Shown here: positions 36,216 through 50,219 of the stretch, piece after piece
How positions within the stretch are numbered: the first letter of the stretch is position 1
How the letters are laid out: each line of letters begins with the position of its first letter
Source of the DNA: Squalus acanthias
Lineage: Eukaryota
Assembly: GCA_030390025.1 (NCBI GenBank)
Contig: CM059432.1
Location: 141,920,001 to 141,984,000, forward strand
Direction: 5' to 3'
DNA: 64,000 nucleotides
Program-made: the position numbers and the translations under genes
Notes under the pieces: generated by a model
Told to the model about the DNA's origin: nothing
Database searches by the model: none
What the model saw: only the letters and a program-made list of their open reading frames with translations

Positions 36216-37934
36216 AGTCATAGAGTCATAACGGCACAGAAGGAGGCCATTTGGCCCATTGAGTCTGTGCCGGCTCTCTGTAGAGCAATCCAGTCTGTCC
36301 CATTCCCCCGCTCTATCCCCATAGCTCTGCAAGTTTATTTCCCTCAAGTGCCTATCCCGTCTCCCCTTGAAAACATTGAGTGTCTCCGCTTCCACCACTT
36401 CCATCGGCAGCGAGTTCCAGGTCCTCACCAGTCGCTTCGTAAAAAAGTTTTTCCTCACATCCCCCCTGTATCTCTTGCCCAAAACCTTAAATCTGTGTCC
36501 CCTAGTCCTTGTACCATCAACTAGTGGGAACAGCCTTTCCCCTTCTAGCCTATCCAAACCCGTCATAATCTTGTACACCTCTATCAAATCACCCCGCAAC
36601 CTCCTTTGCTCTAATGAAAACAAATCCAGCTTCTCCAACCTGTCCTTGTAGCTAAGATCCCCCATCCCCGGAACCATTCTGGTAAATCTCCTCTGCACCC
36701 TCTCAAGGGCCTTCACATCCTTCCTAAAGTGTGGTGACCAGAACTGGACGCAATACTCCAGTTGTGGCCTAACCAGCACTTTATAAAGGTTCGCCATAAC
36801 TTCTCTACTTTTGTACTCAATACCTCTATTTATGAAGCCCAAGACCCCATATGCTTTGCTAACCACTCTCTCAATATGTCCTGCTACCTTCAGGGACCTA
36901 TGCATATTAACTCTCAGGTCCCTCTGTCCCTGCACACTCTTTAAAACTGTGCCATTAAGTGTATATTGCCTCTCCCTGTTCTGTCTGCCAGAATGCATCA
37001 CCTCACACTTCTCTGCATTAAATTCCATCTGCCACTTGTCTGCCCATTCTGCTAGCCTTTCTATGTCCTGTTGCAGTCGATTGCTATCATCCTCAGTGTT
37101 TGCCACACCCCCAAGTTTGGTGTCATCGGCAAATTTAGAAATTCTACTCTGTATTCCAATATCCAGGTCATTTATCAAAAAAAGCAGTGGCCCCAGCACT
37201 GACCCTTGGGGAACACCACTGTCGACCATCCTCCAGTCTGAAAAACAGCCATTTACCACAACTCGCTGTTTTCTGTCCTTAAGCCAATTCCTTATCCAAA
37301 CTGCCACTGACTACCTATTCCATGAGCCTCAATTTTGTTAACCAGCCTTCTATGTGGTACTTTGTCAAACGCCTTCCTAAAATCCATGTAGACAACATCC
37401 ATTGCATTCCCTTCATCAATCCTCCCTGTTACTTTATCAAAAAATTCAATTAGATTAGTCAAACACGATCTGCCTTTTACAAATCCGTGTTGGCTCTCCT
37501 TAATTAGCTTAAACCTCTCCCAAGTGCCCGTTAATTTTTTTTTTGATTATTGTTTCTAAAACTTTACCCACCGTTGATGTTAAACTGACCGGCCTGTAGT
37601 TACGAGGATTGTCCTTACACCCTTTCTTGAACAATGGTGTCACATTTGCCACTTTCCAATCCTCAGGCACCTCCCCCGCATCTAGGGAAGATTGGAAAAT
37701 TATGGCAAGCTCTTCTGCTATCTCTTCCCCCAATTCCCTTAGCAACCTGGGATGCAAGCCATCTGGACCAGGCAACTTATCCACTCTAAGCATACCCAGT
37801 CTTTCTAGTACATCCTGTCTATCAATTTTCACCGCTTCCGTTGCTTCTACCTTTTCCACTTCTACTGATATTTTGTCAGCATCCACCTCCTTAGTAAACA
37901 CTGATACAAAGTACTCATTGAGTATTCTAGCCTT
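36216..37934 (-). mobile_element. 5'-truncated CR1 LINE (RT) in ABHD5 intron 3
   Basis: ORFs 36198-37307 and 37509-37901 with PQGSVLGP, FADD and YRPVSL motifs; tail at 36216. Confidence 0.92.
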
Positions 37935-40038
37935 GCAGATTCTGATTCATTCTCGGTCAATGGGCTACAGATTCCTTTTCATTCTCAGTCAATAGGCTGC
38001 AGATTCTGATTCATTCTCGGTCAATGGGCTACAGATTCCCCTTCATTCTCAGTCAATGGGCTGCAGATTCCTCTTCATTCTCAGTCAATGGACTGCAGAT
38101 TCCCCTTCATTCTCAGTCAATGGACTGCAGATTCCCCTTCATTCTCAGTCAATGGACTGCAGATTCCTTTTCATTCTCAGTCAATGGGCTACAGATTCCT
38201 CTTCATTCTCAGTCAATGGACTGCGGATGCCCTTCATTCTCAGTCAATGGACTGCAGATTCCCCTTCATTCTCAGTCAATGGACTGCAGATTCCTTTTCA
38301 TTCTCAGTCAATGGGCTACAGATTCCCCTTCATTCTCAGTCAATGGACTGCAGATTCCCCTTCATTCTCAGTCAATGGGCTACAGATTCCTCTTCATTCT
38401 CGGTCAATGGGCTACAGATTCCCCTTCATTCTCAGTCAATGGGCTACAGATTCCTCTTCATTCTCGGTCAATGGGCTACAGATTCCCCTTCATTCTCAGT
38501 CAATGGGCTGCAGATTCCTCTTCATTCTCGGTCAATGGGCTACAGATTCCCCTTCATTCTCAGTCAATGGACTGCAGATTCCCCTTCATTCTCAGTCAAT
38601 GGGCTACAGATTCCTCTTCATTCTCGGTCAATGGGCTACAGATTCCCCTTCATTCTCAGTCAATGGGCTACAGATTCCTCTTCATTCTCAGTCAATGGAC
38701 TGCGGATGCCCTTCATTCTCAGTCAATGGACTGCAGATTCCCCTTCATTCTCAGTCAATGGGCTACAGATTCCTCTTCATTCTCGGTCAATGGGCTACAG
38801 ATTCCCCTTCATTCTCAGTCAATGGACTGCGGATGCCCTTCATTCTCAGTCAATGGACTGCAGATTCCCCTTCATTCTCAGTCAATGGGCTACAGATTCC
38901 TCTTCATTCTCGGTCAATGGGCTACAGATTCCCCTTCATTCTCAGTCAATGGGCTACAGATTCCCCTTCATTCTCAGTCAATGGGCTACAGATTCCCCTT
39001 CATTCTCAGTCAATGGGCTACAGATTCCCCTTCATTCTCAGTCAATGGACTGCAGATTCCCCTTCATTCTCAGTCAATGGACTGCAGATTCCTCTTCATT
39101 CTCGGTCAATGGGCTACAGATTCCCCTTCATTCTCAGTCAATGGGCTACAGATTCCTCTTCATTCTCGGTCAATGGGCTACAGATTCCTCTTCATTCTCA
39201 GTCAATGGGCTACAGATTCCCCTTCATTCTCAGTCAATGGGCTACAGATTCCCCTTCATTCTCAGTCAATGGGCTGCAGATTCCCCTTCATTCTCAGTCA
39301 ATGGGCTACAGATTCCTCTTCATTCTCAGTCAATGGGCTGCAGATTCCCCTTCATTCTCAGTCAATGGGCTGCAGATTCCTCTTCATTCTCAGTCAATGG
39401 GCTGCAGATTCCCCTTCATTCTCAGTCAATGGGCTGCAGATTCCCCTTCATTCTCGGTCAATGGGCTGCAGATTCCCCTTCATTCTCAGTCAATGGGCTG
39501 CAGATTCCTCTTCATTCTCAGTCAATGGGCTGCAGATTCCTCTTCATTCTCAGTCAATGGGCTGCAGATTCCCCTTCATTCTCAGTCAATGGGCTGCAGA
39601 TTCCCCTTCATTCTCGGTCAATGGGCTGCAGATTCCCCTTCATTCTCAGTCAATGGGCTGCAGATTCCCCTTCATTCTCAGTCAATGGGCTGCAGATTCC
39701 CCTTCATTCTCGGTCAATGGGCTGCAGATTCCCCTTCATTCTCAGTCAATGGGCTACAGATTCCTCTTCATTCTCGGTCAATGGGCTACAGATTCCCCTT
39801 CATTCTCAGTCAATGGGCTGCAGATTCCCCTTCATTCTCAGTCAATGGGCTGCAGATTCCCCTTCATTCTCAGTCAATGGGCTGCAGATTCCTTTTCATT
39901 CTCAGTCAATGGGCTGCAGATTCCCCTTCATTCTCGGTCAATGGGCTGCAGATTCTGATTCATTCTCGGTCAATGGATTGCAGATTCCCCTTCATTCTCA
40001 GTCAATGGGCTACAATTTCTCTTCATTTTCAGTTAATG
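37935..40038. repeat. 32-bp minisatellite, ~65 units, in ABHD5 intron 3
   Basis: Unit GCAGATTCC(C/T)CTTCATTCTC(A/G)GTCAATGGGCT; it produces the three spurious 640-680 aa ORFs. Confidence 0.95.
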
Positions 40039-43000
40039 TTGTTCATGATGAGCTTTAAATGGTTTTTATTCAATTGCCAGTTTTCCATCTACTTGTGAAG
40101 TTCCATCACTGGAACTCCATCTGTTGATAACCTGACAAACTTGTTCAAGAGAGACAGGTGAGCCTGGAACTGAGATTCAAACCTGAGTTGAGAGACAAAT
40201 CTGCCAGGCTGTCCATAGTTAACAACTTTTAATAGGTGCAAAAAAGGTTCACAAGGATGATACCAGAACTGAGAGGATATACTTATCAGGAAAGATTGAA
40301 CAGGCTAGGGGCTCTTTACTCTAGAAAAGAGAAGGCTGAGGGGTGACCTGATAGAGATCTTTCAGATTATGAACATGTTTGATAGGGAGACGTGGAGAAG
40401 ATGTTTCTAATTGTTGGGGGGAGTCCAAAACTAGGGGCCGTAAATATAAGATAGTCACTAATAAATCAGTGAGGAATTCAGGAGAAACTTCTTTACTCAG
40501 ACTGGTGAGAATATGGAATTCGCTACCACAAGGAGTCGTTGAGGCAAATAACACAGATGCATTTAAGGGGAAAGCTAGATAAACACATGAGGAATAAAGG
40601 ATTAGGAGGATATGCTGATAGGGTGGGCGGAGGCTCGTGTGCAGCGTAAGGACCTGCATAGACCTGTTGGGCCAAATGGCCTATTTCTGTGCTGCAGATT
40701 ATGGGCTGGCTATTTACTGGGGCAGGTTCTGTAGGCAGGGGCGGGTGGAGTTTTGATCGGGAAACCTGTAAGTCTGGGTTTCCCCACATGCTGTGGAGAT
40801 TTAACTCCCACAGTGTGCATCTTTTGATCCAGAAAGGTTCCCTGCCCAGAAGTCAGCCTGATTGACGGGAGTAGTTTCCTGGGGAACGCTCCGTAGGAGG
40901 CTGCAGGATCAGGTAGGTCCGATGCCAGACCCTGGGGAGGGGGGTGTGTCCGATCCCGAAAGAGGGTCCAATCCCCCGCCCCGGAGTTGGGGGGGAGGAT
41001 TTGTACGGGGGTTCTGATGGTGTGGTAGCTTGGGCTTGGGGGGGGGGGGCTGGGAGGGAGCACTCCTGTTCCTCCCGGCCCACGAGGAATGCTCCCCGAG
41101 GCTGTCCTCGCCGCGCTGCAGCTGCCGATTGGGAAACCTGGCCGGCCACAATAAAAGCTGCAAAGCAGGTTAAACCCAAGGCTTCCAGCCTCATTAACAT
41201 ATTTAAAAGGCCTCCCAGGAGCGGGTTGGCTTCCTGCACCTTGTCGTGTCTCAGTAAAACCCGGAAGTCAGCGGGTTGGAGCCGGCTTCCCTACACACTC
41301 AGAATGTTTGCCCATTTAACCCACACCCGCTCACCCATGTTAAAATTCCCCCGTGTGTAACACAAAATCATCCAATCAAGTTACTAAAAAAAATTACAGA
41401 ATTATCAAATAATTGAAATTATTTTGTGTCACTGTTTATGGCTGCATTCTTCACTAAGATATACAGCTAATGATAATGTTTCTGATGTAACAAACAAAAA
41501 CAATTACACAATTTCTTTAAAAATATCACTCGACCTACCTATAAAATTGATCAACTAATGTTAGAATTGCCTGCAAGATGTTTTGGGTGCCTGTCCTTTT
41601 GGGGCCTGGGGCTTGAGTTGGGATTTTCACCTGAGCCTTGGATGCTGGGGACAAATTCTGTGAATTTAAAATTCTCGTCCTTGTTTTCAAATCCCTCCAT
41701 GGCCCTCGCCCCTCCCTATCTCCGTAACCTCCTCCAGCCCTACAACCCTCGGCGACCTCTGCACTCCTCCAATTCTGGCCTCTTGCACATCCCCGATTTC
41801 CATCGCTCCACCATTGGCGGCCGTGTCTTCAGCTACCTGGGCCCTCAGCTCTGGAATTCCCTCCCTAAACCTCTCCACCTCGCCACCAATGTTGTCGTTA
41901 AGTTTTTTTTTGGGGGTGCGCAGCTCCTTTAAGAAAATCCAGTGACCCGGCTGTGCGGGAGGTCCAGAGAGCTGCTCGGCCGCGCAGCTTAAAGGGAACA
42001 TTGCTCGCTACCTCTCTCTCCTTTAAGACCCTCCTTAAAATCTACCTCTTTGACCAAGCTCTTGATCACCTGTCCTAATATCTCCTTATGTGGCTCAGTG
42101 TTAAACTCTGTTTGATAACGCTCCTGTGAAGCGCCTTGGAACATTTTATTACGTTAAAGGCACTGTATAAATGCAAGTTGTTGTGTGCGCACGCATGCGT
42201 GTGTAAGAGCAAAGTACGTCGTGGGTGTTCATGTCCTCACCCTGCTCCTGTGGAACTGCAGTATTCAAGAGGGCACCATGATAATCCATGTCTCACAAAA
42301 AGCACGTAGAAAAGGCCCTGAGTTACACCTCTGGCTGACAAATTCTTTGTGCGTAGGAGAAGATTCTCAAACAACAATCGTGAGCTGTGAGGGTTAGAAA
42401 AAGGCATTAAAAATAAAAAAACAATCATTTTGTTCAGCCTTTTTTGTAAAGTTTAATCCTAAATAATAATGCTGTTGTTTCACAGAGGGGGAAGTAATGT
42501 GAGGCTGGAGGGAGATGTTTACAGGGTGTTTTGATGCTGATGTTAGACATTGCAACTGCAATCTGTCAGTTAGCCAGACCTGGACACACTGAATGACCAC
42601 TTTATCTGTTCAAGGCTCTGTTTATTGCCAGTGGAAACATAGTGGGCAGTGACGGCTTCAGGAGGAATTACAAATCCACTGTGAGAAATAAGGCAGAGAA
42701 TAATATCTTATATAATCATGGTAAATAACTGTAAAAAGAGAAGCTTAGAGGAGGGAGAAGGCAAGAATAAACAAGTATTTACTTGCATATTAACCAAATC
42801 TTGCAATTCACCATGGGAGGTAGATCAACAAAAAGTTATCGTGTAAATAACTGAGAATGAGAGGCTTGGGGGAGGGAAGAATAAGGTTACTTGCATCTTA
42901 AAGTTTTGTAAAGTGGTAGGTGAATAGTATTCTTCTTAGGCAGTCCCTCGGAACCGAGGATGACTTAAATCGCGACAAGTCAGGTTCACCCTGAAAGAAT

Positions 43001-44959
43001 GGTTAGGGAGGGGGATGTTGTCAAAGGCAAGAGAGTGGAGTTTATGGTGGGGACCAAAGATGGCGACTTTGATCTTCCCAATATTCAGCTGGAGGATGTT
43101 GTGACTCACCCAGAACTTGACTTAAAGGATGACTCAGGTGAATAGTATTACAAATATTGATCATGCCTATCAAATGCATCCAGTACATCTCCAGCAATGG
43201 CTTCTTTTCCCTCTCCCTCGCTGTCACCACCGAGGTCTGCCAAGTTTCTATCCTTGGCCTCCTCTTACTCATCCACTTGATGCCCTTCAGCAACAGCAGG
43301 CACAGGTCCACATGTACATTGATGATACCCAGCTCTACCTCTCCACCATGTCTCTTGACCTGCTCAGTGCTGTCAGTTTGCTTGTCTGGCATCATGTTCT
43401 GGGTGAGTCACAACTTCCTCCAGCTGAACAATGGGAAGATCAAAGTCGCCATCTTTGGTCCCCACCATAAACTCCGCTCTCTTGCCTTTGACTCCATCCC
43501 CCTCCCTTTGACTCCATCCCCCTCCCTTTGACTCCACCCCCTTCCCCAACCATTCTTTCAGGGTGAACCTGACTCGTCGCGATCTTGACTCCCTGTTCAA
43601 CCCTGAGCTAAGCTTTAAAACACACATCCTGTCCATTACCAAGATCACTAACTTCTGCCTCTGCAACATCTCCCAATTGCACTCTTAAAATTAAAGGGAG
43701 GCCATTTCAGAAGCAAAATCAGGAAGCACTTTTTCCACGCAATGTGTGGTAGAAATCTGGAATCTATCCCAAACGGCTGTGGTTGCTGGGACAATTGGAG
43801 CTTTCAAGACTGAGATAGATAGATTTTTGTTCGGCAAGAGTATCAAGTGTCACACTTCATTATAACGGCAAAACGTCCATCACACACATGGAAAAAGTAT
43901 TGTGACCAAAAAATCCTGTTTTAATGGAATGATCTCTTGAGTAGTGCTGATTACTGCCGTAGTTATACTGCAGGCAGTCAAAAAAGATATACTAATGAAC
44001 GAGCACCAGTGACGCATCAGCAAGTGGTACAAGACCAACCAATTTAATCATGCAAAACATTTCTCAAGCTGCTTTCAACACTCAGCTTCCTTTCTCACTA
44101 ACCCCTCGTATGCCCCTAGAAATAAAACTTCGAACATAATAAACACAATAAGATATTTAATAGCGAAGAAAGAAAATCCATGTTCTTGCTAGTTATCCCA
44201 ACCTGTCAGAGATTTGCCCCAATCAAAAAAAGGGCAGGGCGGGCGGTGGTGGGAGGTTGGTAAAGACTAGCTATTGGCTGTGAGATGATCTGATGAGACT
44301 GTATCTCAAAATCCAATTCTTAGAGCATCAGTGGAGCTTTTCTGTCTTTCTTACTCTTTACTTTTATCCGCCCCCTTTCTTTGTGCTTCTCTCGTAGTTT
44401 CTCTCCCTCTTCCTCCCCCTGTATCTATTACTCCCTAATCTTTCTGTATCCCCCTCACCATTGTTTCTGTGTTTCTCTCTTTCCCGGTTCTTTCTCATAG
44501 AATCATAGAAAGTTACAGCACGGAAGGAGGCCATTTCGGCCCATCGTGTCCGCGCCGGCCAACAAAGAGCTATCCAGCCTAATCCCACTTCCCAGCTCTT
44601 GGTCCGTAGCCCTGCAGGTTAGAGCATCCCAAGTGCACATCCAAGTACTTTTTAAATGTGGTTAGGGTTCCTGCCTCTACCACCCTTTCAGGCAGTGAGT
44701 TCCAGACCCCCACAGCCCTCTGGGTGAAGAAATTTCCCCTCAAATCCTCTGTTCTTTGTTTCTCCCTCTTTCTGGTTTTTTTCCTTCTCCGTTCCTGTTT
44801 TGCTCATTTTTATTTGTGTTTCACTTTCTGTGTCTCACTCTGTTCCTTGTGTTTCTCACTCTTTCTGTATGTTTCGCTCTTTCGTCTTTGTGTCTCTCAC
44901 CCTCTTTCTATGTTTCTCACTCTGATCTTCCTATGTTTCTCCCTGGGTGCTGGGTCTTG

Positions 44960-45578
44960 GGCTTTATATATAGAGACATAGAGTACAAAAGCCAGGAAAT
45001 TGTACTAAAACTATATAAAACACTAGTTCGGCTCCAGCTGGAGAATTGTGTGCAGTTCTGGGCACCGCACTTTAGGGAGGATGTGAAGGCTTTAGAGAGG
45101 GTGCAGAAGAGATTTACTAGAATGGTTCCAGGGATGGGGGATTACAGTTACGTGGATAGACTAGAGAAGCTGGGGTTGTTCTCCTTGGAACAGAGAAGGC
45201 GAAGAGGAGATTTGATAGAGGTGTTTAAAATCATGAAGGGTTTAGATAGAGTAAATAAGGAGAAATTGTTTTCAGTGGCTGAAGGCTCGATAACGAGAGA
45301 TTTCAGGTGATTGGCAAAAGAATCAGAGGCGACATGAGGGAAAACTTTTTTACGCAATGACTGGTTAGCATTTGGAATGCACTGCCTGATAGGGTGGTGG
45401 ATACAGATTCAATAGCAGCCTTCAAAGGGGAATTGGATAAATACTTGAAGGAGAAAAAATTGCAGGGATATGGGGAAAGAGCGGGGGGAGTGGGACTAAC
45501 TGGATCGCTCTTTGAAAGAGCCGGCACAGACTTGATGGGCCGAATAGCCTCTTTCTGTGCTGTACTATTCTATGATTC
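44960..45578 (+). mobile_element. CR1 3' fragment
   Basis: LYKTLVRLQLENCVQFWAPH...RGDLIEVFK plus tail. Confidence 0.8.
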
Positions 45579-45982
45579 TAATTGTAGCAAGCACACCGAA
45601 ACTGAAATGTCAAAAAACAGTGACATCACATTGAACTTATGGACGTTACAGATTGGAGCCTCCAGCAGTTTTTAGCCACGTTTTTCTACTCTGATAAAGA
45701 TCTGTATTTCAAAGTCCAACTTCGGATGACGCAGCTTGAAATGATCTGACAAAATTTATCTTTAACATACTGTTCAAAAAAGCATTTTTAATTTCTGCCA
45801 TTATTAATTTTTATTTTCTTTAAATTTCCTCATTCTTTTCTTCCTCTTTCTCTACATTCTGCAGCTGTGGGATTATCTCGTCTGAATTTTCACACCGCTG
45901 CTATAGAGGCTTCAGTGTCCTGTGGGATCGGACGGAGAGAGCCATGACACAGGGCTTCACAAACCCCACTGCTGCCCTTAGA

Positions 45983-46430
45983 TAGCCATGGCTCAATGGG
46001 TGGCATTCTCGCCTCTGAGTCAGAAGGTTGTGGGTTCAAGTCCCACTCGAGACTTGAGCACAAAAAATCTATGCTGACGCTCCCAGTGCAATACTGAGGT
46101 AGAGCTGCACTGTCAGAAGTGCCGTCTTTCGGATGAGACATTAAACCGAGACGCCGTCTGCCCTCTCTCGTGAACGTAAAAGATCCCACAGCACTATTTC
46201 AAAGAAGAGCAGGGGAGTTCTCACCTATGTCCCGGCCAATATGTATCTCTCAACAGCACTTAAAAAAAATCAGAGTGTCTGGTCATTATCACGTTGCTGT
46301 TTGTGGGAGCTTGCTGTGCGCAAGTTCCTACATTGCAACAGTGACTACACTTCAGAAGTATATCATTGGCTGTAAAGCGCTTTGGGGTGTCCTGAGGTCA
46401 TGAAAGGCGCTATATAAATGCAAGTCTTTT
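45983..46430 (+). mobile_element. Deu-domain SINE (SacSINE1-like)
   Basis: Same family. Confidence 0.85.
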
Positions 46431-46533
46431 ATCAGAAAATCACACCCCAGTTACCTTAAGTAAAATCCGTTTGTAAGTGGCTGTCGTAGTGACATATAAC
46501 AGTGAATGCATTTATTTTATGTGGTTTGTGCAG

Positions 46534-46688
46534 GGTAAAGCACCTCATTCTGGTTGAGCCATGGGGATTTCCAGAGCGACTTAACCACACAGACCAGGAG
46601 CGACCAATGCCGATCTGGATAAAAGCCGTGGGTGCAATGCTGAGCTTGTTCAACCCATTGGCGGGTATTAGATTGGCTGGGCCCTTTG
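46534..46688 (+). CDS. ABHD5: ABHD5 exon 4
   Basis: tttgtgcag|...TTTG|gtaagg, 155 nt, [15 protein letters not shown]...[27 protein letters not shown]. Confidence 0.95.
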
Positions 46689-46749
46689 GTAAGGAAGACT
46701 CACTGTGCTATATTCTGTTTCAGTCAATAGTATATTACAGCAACAAATC

Positions 46750-47625
46750 CAGTTTTGGTTCCGTACATAAGGAAGGATATACTTGCCTCGGAGGCGATGC
46801 AACGAAGGTTCACGAGATTGATTCCTGGGATGAGAGGGTTGTCCTATGAGGAGAGATTGAGTAGATTGGGCCTATACTCTCTGGAGTTTAGAAGAATGAG
46901 AGGTGATCTCATTGAAACATACAAGATTCTGACAGGGTAGATGCTGAAAGGCCGTTTCCCCTGGCTGGAGAGTCTAGAACTAGGGGTCAGAGGGTAGTAG
47001 GTCTGTGGAATTTGCTGCCCCAGGAAGCTGTGGAAGCTACATCATTAAATAAATTTAAAACAGAAATAGACAGTTTCCTAGAAGTAAAGGGAATTAGGGG
47101 TTACGGGGAGCGGGCAGGAAATTGGACATGAGGCTGAGTTCGGATCAGTCGAGGCCCTGTGGGTGGCGGAGCGGGCCCAGGGGCTGAGTGGCCAGGGGCT
47201 GAGTGGCCAGGTCCTGCTCCTACTTCTTGTGTTCTTTAGATTTGAGGTGAGGATCAGATCAGCCATGATCTTATTGAATGGCGGAGCAGGCTCGAAGGGC
47301 CGATTGGCCTACTCTGCTCCTATTTCTTATGTTCTTATGTCATAGTCTCAGAATAAGGGGTCGGCCATTTAGGACTGAGATGAGGAGAAATTTCTTCACT
47401 CGGAGGGTTGTGAATCTTTGGAATTCTCTACCCCAGAGAGCTGTGGATGCTCAGTCGTTGAGTACATTCAAGGCAAAGATAGATAGATTTTTGGATACTA
47501 AGGGAATCAAGGGATATTGGGATAGTGCAGGAAAGTGGAGTTGAGGTAGACGATAAGCCATGATCTTATTGAATGGCGGAGCAGGCTCGAGGGGCCGTAT
47601 GGCCTATTCCTGCTCCTATTTCTAA
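46750..47625 (+). mobile_element. Nested CR1 3' fragments
   Basis: RRMRGDLIETYK... interrupted at ~46988-47340 by a second CR1 3' end. Confidence 0.78.
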
Positions 47626-49514
47626 AAAAAAAAAATCCGCTCTCAGCCACACAGTGGTATTGGTGGACAATGTTTCAGCAGCACGTGCATTTGGGCACGA
47701 GTAAATATATTTTAACTTTCATACTGAAAGTTATACCCCACAGATAATGTGTAGCTGAAATGAATGCAAAGCCTTTAGGTTTCTATAATGATAGAATCTG
47801 TCATATATCTTATGTTGCTGTTTCCGGACTGTGGGTTTCTTTACTTGACAACCAGGAGATTGAGAAAAAGGCGACTCGACCCATCGGGCCTGTTTTTCCA
47901 CAGACTCTGTATAATCCTCCTTACCAGGGACTCTACTCAGTCCATTTAACCTCCTTGGGAAAGGTTACATTGGAACAGGAGGAGGACATTCAGCCCCTCT
48001 AGCCTGTTCCACCATTCAGTTAGATCATGGCTGATCTGTACCTCAATCCCATTTACCCGCCTTTGCTCCATATCCCTCAATACCCGTCCCCATAAAAATC
48101 TATCGACCTCAGTCTTGAAAGTCTCAATTGTCCCCCAGCATCCACAGCCTTTTAGGGAAGAGAGTTCCAGATTTTCACTATTCCCCTGAACGGCCTAGCT
48201 CTAATTTTAAGGTTATGGTCCCCTTGTTCTGGATTTCCCCCACCAGAGGAAATAGTTTCTCTTTATCTACCCTATTGACTCCTTTTTATAATTTTAAACA
48301 CCTCAGTTAGATCACCCCTCAGTCTTCTGTACTCAAGTGGAGTTCAGCCAAGTGGCTCCAGTACATGCAGCTTCTCTGGGTTTTAGTGCTATTCGTATTC
48401 TTCTTGCATGTTTTATTTGTAGCTGTTTGCTGACTGCTGGGTCTTGATTGGTAGTTTTTATACCTTTCTTTTGCTACCTCTTAATTCGTAATTTTCCGTT
48501 GCAGTCTTCATTGGTCTGTTCTCTACCTGTTCTGTTGCGATTTGTTGCTGTTTTATGAATGTGAGCCAGTCAGGTGCAAGAATTTGCATGTGTGACAAAG
48601 GTTGGACAAATGAAGTGTGATGGGGACAGACACGTGGCAGACACCAGACTGTTTTAGTAGATCTCCCCCAGTGTTGCTATGGGATGTCGGAAGATGTGTA
48701 ATCCATCCTCTGCCTGCCCCGTGCATTCCCATGCTGCGTTGAGGCCTCATCTGTCGACTACGGCAGAGTTGCTATGCCCCAACTGTCCAGGTTTTCTCAT
48801 CCTGTGGATTCTCCTGCTATAACGCTGCTCTTTGAGATCTTACTGCTGGCTTCCCTTCCCCCCCCACCCCCAACGTGTGTCTTTATGTCTGTGGGGATCC
48901 CTGATGCCTGCCCCTACTGTCTCCCCCAAATCTATTCCCCGTGCCTTTTTACTTACGAGAAAGATCATCGCTCTTTCAAAGAGCCAGCACAGGCGCGATG
49001 GGCCGAATGGCCTCCTTCTGTGCTGTAAGTATCTAAGTATGTATGATTTGGGCATTCCCACGCTTGTGGCATGTACTCCACTGTTTAATCCACCCCACCT
49101 CCCGGGGCCTCTAACCAAGCAAAGTGATATTTTGCCTGCTTAGCTCCTACCCTTCCGCAGTGGTCTAGCATCAGACCAGCGACTGCTGCCTGCTATTGCT
49201 GGCTCTGGCCTGCCCCTCATCATCCTGGCACATCCTGCGATCCTGTGCCGATTTGCCAAGAGCGATCAGGCTACTGGCGGACACCAATTTCACCCCCTCA
49301 GTTACTAATTGCACTGTTGTTATTCAAAGGCCTTTACAGTTCATAGGATCATGGCAAGAAAGAACTTGCCTTTATATAGTGCCGTTCGCAACCTCAGGGT
49401 GTCCTAAAATGCTTCACAGCCGATCAGTTACTTTTTTTGAAGTGTAGTCACTGTTTTTGTCGGCAAATGTGATAGCCCCAATGGCACGGATGACCAGTTA
49501 ATCTGCTGTATAGG

Positions 49515-49948
49515 TGTCAGCCGTGGCTCAGTGGGTAGCACTCTCTCGCCTCTGAGTCAGAAGGTTTGTGGGTTCAAGTTCCACTCCAGAGACTTGAGCA
49601 GAAAATCTAGGCTGTAGTACCGAGGGAGCGCTGCACTGTCGGAGGTGCCCTCTTTCAGATGAGATGTTACACTTGCTCTCTCAGTTGGGCGTAAAAGATC
49701 CCAAGGCCACTATTTCAGAGAGGAGCAGGAGAGTTCTCCCCAGTGTCCTGATCAATATTTATCCCTCAACCAACATCACTAAAAAAAGAGATCATCTGGT
49801 CATTTAATTCATTGCTGTTTGCTGTGCACAAATTGGCTGCCACGTTTAATACATTACAACAGTGACTACACTTTATAAAGTAGTTCATTGACTGTAAAGC
49901 GCTTTGGGACGTAAGGCGCTGTAGAAATGCGAGCTTTTTTTTCTTTCT
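49515..49948 (+). mobile_element. Deu-domain SINE (SacSINE1-like)
   Basis: Same family. Confidence 0.85.
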
Positions 49949-50104
49949 ATAAAAATTCTATGAATTGTAAAATCCCCTTTGATTAGCAACCACAACATTA
50001 GAAACTGACAATCAACTGATTTTATTTAGCTGCAAAAATGTAGAAACCAGACTGTGGAAATGAAACTTCTTTCAGTGGTGAAATGTTTCTTATATTTATC
50101 ACAG

Positions 50105-50219
50105 GTCCAATTCTAGTGCAGCGATTAAGGCCTGACTTCAAGCAAAAGTTCTCCTCTGTGTACGAAGATGAAAATACTGTCACAGAATACATTTACCACT
50201 GCAATGCACAAACTCCCAG
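50105..50219 (+). CDS. ABHD5: ABHD5 exon 5
   Basis: tttatcacag|...CCCAG|gtaagc, 115 nt, [37 protein letters not shown]. Phases fit exons 4 and 6. Confidence 0.95.

Noticed and set aside
38024..40098. Three 644-680 aa plus-strand ORFs
   Set aside because: Translations of the 32-bp minisatellite; intronic and open in all three frames.
49515..49590. tRNA gene-like A/B boxes (also at other SINE heads)
   Set aside because: They are the tRNA-derived heads of SINE copies and run straight into SINE body.
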